Origin: Torpedo marmorata
Lineage: Eukaryota
Direction of reading: 5' to 3'
Assembly (NCBI GenBank): GCA_977017645.1
Contig: OZ360242.1
Coordinates: forward strand, 28,582,001-28,646,000
Length of the DNA: 64,000 bases
Shown piece after piece: positions 14,001-26,000 of this stretch (positions within the stretch are counted from its first letter, which is position 1; each line of letters begins with the position of its first letter). The position numbers were made by a program, and so were the translations under genes. The notes beneath the pieces are model-generated. The model searched no databases, had not been told where the DNA came from, and saw only the letters and a list, made by a program, of their open reading frames with translations.

Positions 14001-17000
14001 CCTGTTAAAGCATCCATTACCACCCTGAGGATAAAGGCACCAATCTTTCATCTAACATCAAATTGTGCAATGCACACAAAGTCGCAGCAGAGCCAAAACT
14101 CCAGAACTATGAGTTATCAGCTGGAGACTATATTGAAGGATTTGAAGACAAAATTTGACTGATATTGAACACTTTGGCAAGAAATTACCTGATGAATTAT
14201 TTGGAATACCTCCTGTCAGGCCAAGTTTGCTCACTTCAGACTCACTGTGTGAGGCCACCCAAACCCTGACTACAGTTTCATTCTCTCCAGTTTGCAAAGC
14301 GCGAAGGTGATATCCAAGCAAATTGATTAGAGTTTCAGCACTCAGTTTCTGAAAATAAATAAACATTTAATGAACGACAACCACAGCAAAATATTTTGTA
14401 CTTTATCTTGACTTTCATTTCATCTGGATAAATGGATAGAGATTAAAAAAATGGGATGTTGGATTTCAATAAGCTTTCAGGATGCAATATTTTGAGTCGC
14501 TCAACAAAAGGCTCACATCGGGCACCAGAAACGGGGAGAACATCCCCCGTTGAGAAGGAGAAGCATAGGAGATGACCCTACAGAAAGGTGACCATGGCAG
14601 CGGACCAGCGAGGGGCTCAGTGGCTGTAGGACCCACATAGGCTGTGGGCTGCTGGAGACTTGCGGTCAAAGTATCCACACAGGCTGTGGGCTGCTGGTGA
14701 CTTGCGTCGAAGGACCCACACAAGCTGGGGGTTGCTGGGGACTGGTTCCAAGGAACCAGGCATTAGAACCTGGATTCGGGAGGGTGCTGAAGCCAAGAAG
14801 AGCCCCCGAAGTGCCCCGGGTGCTGAAAGGTTCCTGATTTCTTTGTAGATTTGGATCTGAATTGCTTGAACAGAAGTCTGTGAGGTTGCAGAAGCACTGG
14901 AGGCGAATCCACTGACACTCAATGTCTCTGAAGGGACTCTCCTTTGCTTCTCTTTCTCCTATTGTTAGGGACGCAGGGCAATGCTCATGGCCACTCTTTT
15001 GTTTGCCTTATAACAGACAAAATCTGAAGTGCTGTATATCATGCATATTACATTTTTATGATTTTAACGTGACAATAATAGGAACTTTGAACCTTAAGTT
15101 ACAAAATACAAAAGTACAAGACAAGTTGGCATAGGTTAAAGGAAATGACTAAGAGGTTTAGAAAGGATCGGAGGAAGATCTTTTTTTATATAAGGGGGTG
15201 CCCATTCTAAAAATACGAGAAGAATTTTTTTCACCTCAAGGGCGGTGAATATTTGGAATTTGCTGCCCTTAATGGTTATGCAGGAGTCACCACTGAGCAT
15301 ATTTGAAGCAGAGATCAATAGGTTTTAAGAGAAACAAATGGATATAGAGTTTGCACAAGTAGCCAAAAGATAAGCCATGATCTAATTCAACAGCTCAATC
15401 AAGAACATTATTTAAGATTCAGAGAGGGTATTTAATGAGCTGAGATTGAAACAAGAAGTTAAGAAATTGTAACCATGACAATGTTAATGAAATAAGGAAA
15501 CATTTGGTCTCTTTATACCTTTACTTCTTCAGGATCCAATCGTCTGAAGGTTGAAAAATCCATGTTGACGCTGTTGTTTGCAAGAAACTTCAGATCATCA
15601 GCTTGGGCACCACCTGAAGAAAAGAGAGATATTTTCTATCTTTATGTGGAGGGTTGAGTAAAGGCACAAAACCAAATGTTACTGCAGGTGAAGGAAGCAT
15701 ACACAGGGACAAAAAAGGGGATGTATTTTTAGGGTACCCTGTTTACGACATGGAATAATTTTGAAAGGTGAAACATCTGTTGGTCTATTCAGTATTCAAG
15801 ATTATCCGAGACCTGCCAAGAAATTTAAACTATGCCCCTCACCTCCTGTGCATGCTTGGGTTTTGCACTGGAATTCTTTGGGTTCCCTGTGATCGAAAAG
15901 GATCAGATCTCATTGATGCAAGAGTGCATCTATTTTATCCACTGAATTTGGAGTATTAGTCATACTGACGAATTATTGGGACAGGGACATTTGTGGTCAC
16001 TTTACAGACTTGGGTGCCCATCCAATTGTTGGACAATTGTTAAGACTTGAGCCTAATTCAGTTTCATGTTCACACAGGAGTTCTGCTTTAATAGTGGTGG
16101 TCTGGATTGAACAGAGTTAAACAGGATCAATATCTCTGAATGCTTCACAACTTGAAGGTTCTTAAGATTTCATCATCTTACAACTGAACCTTTGTAAGAT
16201 GATTGCATCTTAACACTGACAATTGACAAAATCCTGACTCGGCAGATTCCAAATCTGATTGTGGCAGTTTCTGCAGTTCAGTTCAAAAACCAATGCAAAA
16301 AGGAAGTTGTGATTAATTCAGACAATTGGCCAAATTAAAAAAAGAATTAACTTACCAACATATGACTTTATCAGCTGAAAATAGGGGATTGGGCTGTTTC
16401 GTTGAGAGCTGAGAGCAGTGACAGCCAAATCATAAAGCAAACGTTGCTTTTCCCGTGCACACGCAGAAAGATCCAGAGCTCCGGCATCCCTGAGGAAAGA
16501 AGTCACAAATAAATCCTACCAAGTGTCTCTGCAATTACACCAGGTCAAGGGACCGGAATGTGTACCTTGCAGCTCAAGAAATATACCCAATCTGTTGACT
16601 ATATCTGGGAGAGTGTTAGAAGTTCCAAACTCAAAATCACATTTACCAGCACAATTCATACTATTGATAACACCAGATCAGAAACTGAAATAAAATATAA
16701 CTGCAGGCATTTTCACCTTGACAAGTCCGAATGGCTACAGCCATCAACTGAGTGAATGGCTGCACACTCAGCATCAAGGTTCACAAGAAGAACAGGTTCC
16801 TGGAAGAAGCTGTCCCAATACAAATACATTGAAGAAAAAACTCTCAATAATTAAGTTATCATTATGACTCCAGCTATAAGAGACTTTCCTCTACATATTG
16901 GAGAAAATTGGAATTACTTTAGACACACTGGAAAGTGCAGATGCTGGAATTTGAAGCAAAACACAATCTGCTGGAGCAACTCATCGGTGGAGTAGCGTCA

Positions 17001-20000
17001 CCAAGAGAAAAGGTATGGTCAATGTTAAGCCAAAAAACTTCATCAAGACTGGAGGTGTAGAGAATTTAGTGTAAAGAGATCAAGGTGTGAAGGGTAGGAC
17101 AGAGGCCCATGTGGGATTGGTGAAGTGAACCATGACAGACAGTAGCAGTAGGTTGGCAGAGGCCAGTAAAAGGGGAGTAAGAGGCAAGAAAACCAAAGGG
17201 GTCAGGTGGAGGAAAATGAGTCATACAGGGTGGAGAGGGTAATTAGGAGAGAAAGGCTGCCAGTTTTGTGATTTGATCAGTAGAGAAGGTGACAATGGTG
17301 GTATAAAGAGAGACCAGGAAGAACCAAAGAGGATGGTGGGAAAAGAGTGGAAGAATCCACTCTTTTCCCACCAGACAGCAGACAGAATCAAAGAGGAGGG
17401 GGAATGAGAATAGGCAGGAGCCAGGTGAGGTTGAGTGGGAAACGTGACAAAAATAAGGATGGAAAGCGAAGGGGAGAGGGGGAAGAGCAGAAGTGGCACT
17501 GAAGAAGAAAGGGGACTGATTACCTGAAATTAGAAAATTCTGCGTTCATACATTTGGGCTGATGTTGGACTGCCCAGGCTGAATATCAAGTGTTGTTCCT
17601 CTAGTTTGCTTTGGGCCCCACACATATTAAATTAAAACACTGCCACAAAATGGCAAAGATCAATAAGATGGAGGTCATATTGATGCTTATAATCACCAAG
17701 CTGTCAGTTTATGTCTCAACCAAATTCCTTAGAGAAGGAATAACCTAACTGTGAGCTGTAAAGTTGGTTTACAAAATGGCTCATTGCTGCACAATTACTT
17801 GGACTGAGTGAGTTCAAAGACTGATACTTTGTTCCTCAGGAAATCAGATAATTTTACCAGAAAACTAGTAATTGAAAGATGTATACTTACGTCAATTTGG
17901 AAATTGTCTTCAGTTGTTCTTGATTCAAAGTGCACAAATTGGCTCCACCAATGCCTTTCAAAGAAACTGCATTGAGGTTACCGCCTGACTGCAGAAATTG
18001 TGTAATAATGAAGGTCACCTGTTGAAAGATATTTGAAGAGCAGATGATTATTCATTGTCAAATGGTGATCTTTTATTCTTGTTTTCTTACATTTTTGAAA
18101 TATTATTTTTTTTTAGTATGGAATTCTTTTAAACTATACATCGTTAAATGGTTATCAATAACTCCCATCCATTGCACCCCATGTAGAATTTTCACTTTAC
18201 CATTTTGGCCACTTCTTCTAATCACCAACTGTACCTCATCGTGCGAAGCTAATTACAAATCACTTCAAATAACAACGCCCCATGTATATCACGTTTTGCA
18301 AAGGAAATTCCAGATTACATCACCATATGCCTGCAGATAGCAAACTGTTTGCATTTATCTTTTCTTAGTGTCAGTACCGTTATGTTATCCAGCTGTTGCT
18401 TCATCAATGCAGAAAGTGTCTCAACCCGAGTGATATTCCAGCTGCTGACTTCTGTTGCATTAAATACAGTGGATATGTTGCCCAACAGTTGAATCTGGTT
18501 TTCTGGGAGACCCTTGGGATAAATCTATTTCAGGAAATACAACATCATAAAACTCAGTCATTTTGTTAGAAGAGGTTTTCTCTATTCATGGTCTACCTGG
18601 CTCTTTAAACTTGTCTTGAATTCAACTGGATCAAGAATGATCTGATCAGTGGCTTCAACTGTCGGATTCCCGAATCATTGCTGACCCCATTATCCAAAAT
18701 CTACCTGAACTTTGAATATACTGTACAAAATGTCACGGCAAGCACAGCACTCAAAGGTTTAAAGAGAATTAAGAAGGCACAACATCAAGCTTAAATGGGA
18801 AATCCTTTATCCTATGACTGGCCACAATTCGAGATTCCCTCCTGTATCCACCCTGTTAAGCCACCTCTGAATATTTTAGGTTTTTATTGGAAAAACTTTT
18901 ATTCTTCTAACCTCCAGAGACCTTAGGCCCGTTTCACTCAACTTGTCCTCACAACCCAACCCCTTCATTTGATGAATCACTTTAATGAAGTTCCCAACAC
19001 TGCCAGAAAGCTAAATACACCCATCTATAAATGAAGAGGTCAAAATTATACATACTGCTCTGCACATGGTTTCATCAAAGCACTGTACAGTTGAAGAAAG
19101 ATTTCCCAACTTCTTTGCACCATGTCTTTTGTAATAAAAGCACGCTAAATGTACGGTTAGCGCAGCGCTAATACAGTGCTGAAAGGAGTTTGTACGTTGT
19201 ACCTGTCCCTGCGTGTGTTTCCTCTGGTGCCCCAGTTTCCTCCCACCATTCAAAATTGGACAGGGTTTGGAGGTTAATTGGTGTATTTGGGTGGCACGGT
19301 CTCTTGAGCCAGAAGGGCCAATTACTGTCCTGTTTATATTTAAAACATATATTCTATCTGATTTTTTTCTATTGTGAAGATTCACCACCTATTTCTGAAC
19401 ACCAGTCATTAGTTATGCACTATATAAATACTATTCTTTTTTTACACTTGCAACCAACATCAGTGAGCTTTATATTCACTTAACTGCTGTCCTCCTAATA
19501 ACTTACTTCTGGCATACAATACATCCAGTCCTTCTTCAAAGTTATGAACACAAATTCTAAATAACTGGAGATTCCTTCAACACCTCCCCAGTTTGAATTT
19601 GATATTGACTTAGTAATCCCTTCTTTCTTACTGAGCAAGTTCTCTGTTATCAAAGGAGCTGACTTTGGGATTAGACATTAAACAGAGACCTCAGCTGACA
19701 TTTCAGGATTTGGTTAAAAATAATCATGACTCTATATGTAAAACAGGCACAGAGTTCCCTGTGCTCCTGCCCCAAGTGAATTCCTTCAGCAAGTGATGAC
19801 ATATTTTTTAATGTAATAATTACCATTTTCTGCATCATCTTGTCAACACAAGACATTTGCTGTGAACCAATGCAGGAGGTCACATGGAGGGTGGTGGGTA
19901 CATGCAACAAACTGCTAAAGGAACTGGTAGAGGCAGGGATAATTGAAATACTTCAAAGACATTTGGACAGGAAATATTGAGAGTATATGGGCTGAACAAA

Positions 20001-23000
20001 GGCAAATGGGACAACATTGGTCAGTATGGGCAAGTTGGTCAAAGGTCGTGTGCCCTTGCAGTAAAACTATGATTCCATTTCCTGAGGCAACGAAAGGCAT
20101 CGCAACAATACTGCATTTGTATAAGGAAATAAATAAGAAGTTTGCAGATACTGGGGTCTAGTGCAGTACAAAAAAGTGGTGGAGAAACTCAGCAGGTCAC
20201 GCAGCATCCATTGTAAGGAAAAAGGCAATTGAGATTTTGACATCAGGAAGACTGGATGCAAATTGAGGGGGGGGGGGGGACGCTTCGTCAAGCCCCTTTG
20301 CTCTGCCCGCTGCCACAGTGAGGATCTATCAGTGGCCAACCACTTCAATTCCACACTCCATTGCCACACTGATCTATCTGTCCATGGCCTCATGTACTGC
20401 CAGATTGAGGACACTTGTAAACCTCGTATTCAGTCTCAGCAGTCTCCAACCAGGTGGCATCAACATCGACTTCCCCAATTTCTGGTCACCCCCTCCCAAC
20501 ATTCTCCTGATTTCCCTTCTCCTCTGTCTCCTTTCCTTCAGCTCGCCGGTCCCTTCCCTTCCTTCTCCGATCGGAGAACTATCTTTCTCAGCCTCCCCTT
20601 ACTACCCCTCAGCTCCTTTCTCTTTTTCACCCTCTAACCCGTGTCCATTATCACCTGCTCGGCTTCCTCCCCCCGCCCTCTTATTCGGACGTCTGCCTGA
20701 TTTTCGACACACCTTGAGAAGGGCTCAGGCCTGAAACATCGACTGACTTTTGCTTTCCATGGATGCTGTATGGCCTGCTGAGTTTCTCCAGCACGGTTAT
20801 GTACTATATTTTTACAAAGCTTACTTACACGCAGAAGTTTATTTTTCAGAACTTTCAGCTGAGTTGGATCAAAGGCTAGTGATCCCAGCTTGAGAACACC
20901 ATCTTTCAGCACAGCATCACTCAAACAAAGGTCCAACTGGGTCGCATCATACTTTGCAGGAGTCAGGTCATTGATGTCTTCTGGTGCTATTTCTCCCTCT
21001 GTACAGGCTGGCAATACAAAATTCCATTGGGTGAAAGAGAGACAGGAGTGGCAGGTTAATACTGATGGCGGCTGGGTTTTTAGATTGGCTGAAGGGAGTC
21101 AAAAAGGAGAGTGGTATGACAGGCAATAGAAAAGTTGATGTGTTGGAAAGACCAAATCAAAATATAGGAGAATGGAAATGGGTCAGTCACACTTCTGGGA
21201 ATGCAATACAGAACTGCAGCCTCAGAGTGAGGTAGAAGAGAAAATCCGAAAGGAAATTTCCGTCATGTACGCAGACAACTGGGCATTAAGAGTGGAAGAT
21301 TTCAATTTCCCTAATTGGGATACAATCAGAATAACACCCCCCCCTCCCCCCACCCCCACCGAAACCTAACCCAAGAGAGATTCCAGGTGGAAAGTGGGTG
21401 GCATCAGGAAGAGGTCGCAAGTGTGGGAGACTTCAGGATGAGAGCTCCTCTCAAACAGGGATCCACAATTGGAGATTGCTGCAAGTGATAACGCCTGAAG
21501 AGATACGTATCACTTCCAGGTGTCATCATCTTGGCGTCGATGAGTGTACCGCAGCACAGAGGCCAATAATAACGAATATTTATGCCGATGATACGGGAGT
21601 TAGTCAAGAAGTAGAAAGTGATTTCAGGAATATTACCAGTACCATGTGCAAGTGAGAACAGAAATGAATGGAAGTGAACATTTTAAATAGGGAGGAACTT
21701 GAGGAAAGGTGCATGAAGAGAACACGGTGATCTTTGGGGCATTGGAATTGGTTCTGGGTCATGAGACAACTTTTCAACAGGACAGGATGGTCTTCAACAG
21801 GACTGTCGCTGGTGCTCTCTCAGAGAAGTACACAGGTGCAGGGAGGAAAAAAATAAATTCTTCCAATTATAATTCAAAATGTTGTGACGGATCCTGTAGG
21901 GAGATATGTAATGATACATTGCCAGATATATTCAGAATTTTTGACTTTATTGAATATATATGCTCCCAATATGGATGATGATAAGTTCATTCAAGAGACT
22001 TTTCTTAATAGAGCGGAAGCACATGAGAATATTATAATAGGAGGAGACTTCAACTTTTGTTCAGATCCGGTCTTTGATAAGTCTACAAGAGGAGCGAAGA
22101 GAACTAAGGCAGCGAAAGCTACGCTGGTATTAATGAAAGACTTAAATTTAATAGCCGCCTGGAGAAGAATTCATCCTTGGGATAAAGATTTTTTATTTTA
22201 TTCCAGTAGGCATGATTCCTTATTCCAGAATTGATTTATTTTTAGTTTCAGCTCAACTGCAAGACAGAATTCTAGAAGTAGAATATAAAGCAAGGATTTT
22301 GTCTGACCATTCACCTTTAATGATGACAATTGTCGTACCTGATAAAGAAAAATCAATATATAGATGGAGATTGAATCCTTTGTTATTAAAAAGAACAGAT
22401 TTTTGTGATTTTATAAGGAGGCAAATTCAGATATTTTGTGAAACAAATGTAAACTCCGTGCCTGATAAATTTGTAATATGGGAAAGTTTGAAAGTATATT
22501 TAAGAGGTCAAATTATGTTATTCTTCAAAAATTAAAAAGGAATATATGAGAGAAATAGACCAATTAGAAAAAGAAATAACAATTTTAGATAAAGATTTAC
22601 AAAAGAGGAGCTCTGTCGATAAATGTAGACAACTAATAAATAAAAAACTTCAATATAACATATTACAGACTAATAGAACGGAGAAGACTATTATAAGAAA
22701 CAAGCAAAGATATTATGAGCTAGGTGAACATTCACATAAAGTACTTGCAAGGCAATTAAAAACAGAACAGGCATCAAGAACAATTAATGCAGTTAAAAGC
22801 GAGGCTGATGTTATTAGCTATAAACCCCAAATAATAAATGATTCTTTTGAAAAATTTTATTCTGATTTATATAAATCAGAGTCTTTGCAAGATGACAGTA
22901 AAATTGATGGATATTTATCACAGATAAATTTACCAAGATTAAATATGCAAGAGCAATTAGAATTGAGTACCCTGTTTACGCAGAAAGAAGTGAAAGATGC

Positions 23001-26000
23001 AATGAGTTCATTACAAAGTAATAAAGTACCGGAGAGGATGGTTTTCCGCCAGAGTTTTATAAAGAGTTTAAGGAATTATTAATTCCTGTCTTTATGGATT
23101 TGTTACAGCAGGCGTCTGTGACTCATACACTTCCAGAATCTTTTTCTACAGCAATAATTACAGTAATACTAAAAAAGATAGAGACCCATTGAAACCTTCA
23201 TCATATTGACCAATTTCATTACTGAATGCAGACCATAAAATTGTAGCGAAAATCTTGGCCAATAGGATAACAAAACTTTTGCCAAAATTAGTAAATATGG
23301 ATCAAACAGGCTTTATAAAAAAAAGACAAGCAGCTGACAATGTAGCAAGGTTACTTAGTATTGTTCATTTAGCTCAAAAAAGAAAAGTATTAAGTGTCGC
23401 GGTGGCACTAGATGCAGAAAAAGCTTTTGAGAGATTGGAGTGGGACTTTTTGTTTAAAGTATTGGAGAAATTTGGATTTGGACAGACTTATATAGATTGG
23501 ATTAAAGCATTATATAACGCTCCAAAAGCTAAAGTAGTGACTAATGGACAAATATCAACTTCGTTTTGCTTGACAAGATCTAGTCGACAAGGGTGCCCAT
23601 TGTCACCAGCTTTATTTATATTAGCTATAGAACCACTTGCAGAGGCAATTAGAAGTGACTCGGCAATTAACGGATTTACAGTTAGTCAAGAGCAACATAA
23701 AATCATCTTATTTGCGGATGATGTTTTAATATATTTGACAGAACCTGAGACTCTCTGCAAAGATTGTATTTTAAATTGGAAGAATATGGGAAAGTTTCAG
23801 GTTTTTAGATAAACTGGGATAAAAGTGAAATTATGCCTCTTACAGAGGGAAATTATACTATATGTAAAAGAAGTACTCAGTTTAAATGGCCACATAATGG
23901 GATAAAATATCTAGGGATTCGAACAGACAATAATTTTAAAAATCGATATAAACGGAATTATCTACCATTACTTAAAAAGATTAAAGAAGATTTGGAAAAA
24001 TGGATTAATTTACCTATTACACTGATAGGAAGAGTTAATAGTATTAAAATGAAAATATTTCCAAGGATACAATATTTGTATCAAACTATACCTATTTTAC
24101 TACCGCAGGTTTTTTCCCAGGATTTAAATAAACAAGTGTGAAAATTTCTTTGGAAAGGTAAAATGTCAAGAGTTTCTATGGAATGTTTAACATGGAAATA
24201 TGAATTGGGAGGTTTACAACTCCCTAATTTTAAAAATTATTATCGATGGGCACAAATGAGATTTGTTACTTCTTTTTTTGAAAGTGAAGGAAGACCTGCA
24301 TGGGTTGGAATAGAGCTAGGAGAAATAGGAGAGAAAGTACCAGAAGAATTTATATATAAATGGAACTCAAAATTATTGATAGGAGTTAAAGAAACATCAT
24401 TACTAAAACATTTGATTATTGCATGGAACAAGATTAATGATGAGATAGGGATGAAAGGAACTATATCACCTAAAATGTCATTGATACAGAATAATCTTAT
24501 ACCGTTTACAAAAGATAATCAATTTTTAAATACATGGTCACAGAAAGGAATAAAGAAGATAGAAGATTGTTATGAAGGGAATCAATTGATGTCGTTTGTA
24601 CAGCTAAAAAACAAATATGGAATACCGAATAACACTCTTTTTTGTTATTTTCAATTAAGAGGTTATTTAAGGGAAAAATTAGGTCCGGATATGTTGTTAC
24701 AAAATTGTAGTGAGGTAGAAACCCTTATTAGGAAAGGAAATATTAAAAAATTTACTTCTATAATATATTCCTTGTTACAAAGGGGAGCCTTAAAACAAGG
24801 ACTTTATAAATCTAGACAGAGATGGGAACAAGATCTTAATGTTATAATTGATGAAAAAATATGGTCGGATTTATGTCAAGATAGTATCACCAACACTATT
24901 AATGTAAGATATAGATTAGTACAGTATAATTTTTTACATCAATTATATCTTACACCACAAAAATTGAATAAGATAAAATCTACATTATCAAATAAGTGTT
25001 TTAGATGTGGTGAAGAGGAGGGAACTTTTTTACATTCAACATGGTTATGCTCTAAGGTAAAAAAAAGTTTGGATGGAGTTAGGGAATCTGTTAAAACAAA
25101 TTACAGGTGTCACATTTCCACAGAATCCTGATTTATTTTTATTAGGGAATGTGGAAGGAACTAGACCAAAGTTGAAGTTATCAACATATCAACTGAAATT
25201 TGTAAAAAATTGCTTTAGCAGTAGCAAGGAAGTGTATAGCAGTAACTTGGAAATCAGATACAAATTTAGGCATGGATAGATGGAATATAGAGATGCGGAG
25301 TTGTATTCCATTGGAAAAAATAACATATGAGAAATAAATATGGGGTCTTCTTGCAAATTTGGCGTCCATATATCCAATCATTAGGTATGAATATTTAAAT
25401 GTGTTGTTCTACATCCTAGACCCTGTTGACTCTCTCAAATTTAAATAATGAAAAAACTGTTGAATACCATGCGTCGAGCCGTGGACCAAGCAGCGATCCG
25501 TACAGATGTTTTAATAAGTAATACTATAATGCCTTCTTTTCTGTTTTCTTTTTAGTTTTTAGTAAGGGGAGGGAATTAAAGGGAGGGGAAGGGTGGAGGG
25601 TGGGGTAGAAACATTTAATACTTAATACTAAGTAATAATTTTAATTGAAATGTTTGGAAGATATAAGGGGTTGGGGGAGTTAAGGTAGGGTTAGATACAC
25701 TATGTAATACAAATTATGGTTTTTAATAATGTATATTATATACGTTGTATTACTGTGTGAAAAATTAAAAAGATTAAAATAAAATATTCAAAAAAACAAA
25801 ATAAAAGTAGAAAATGATTTCAGGAATATTCCCAGTACTACCATGTGCAAGTGAGAACAGAAATGAATGGACGTGAACAGTTTAAATAGGGAGGAACTTG
25901 AGGAAAGGTGCATGAATAAAACACGGAGATCTTTGGGGCATTGGAATTGGTTCTGGGTCATGAGACAACTTTTCAACAGGACAGGATGGTCTTCAACAGG

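Larger units (their letters stand above)
4020..14818. repeat. Segmental direct repeat, left copy (matches ~53790-64000)
   Basis: Exons and introns align with the right copy at offsets of ~47.7-50 kb; offset shifts are explained by copy-specific insertions. Confidence 0.95.

Noticed and set aside
13780-14188. Boundary between two separate tandem genes
   Set aside because: Only 409 bp, bounded by a good donor and acceptor in matching phase; no signal-peptide exon or start codon found. Not excluded without transcripts.
14629-14750. CRISPR-like repeat array
   Set aside because: Degenerate 41-42-bp tandem repeat without unique spacers, in vertebrate DNA with no cas genes.
21335-21608. Inverted 5' part of the adjacent L1
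   Set aside because: It lies outside the 250-bp direct repeat and shows no clear ORF2 homology; left unclassified.
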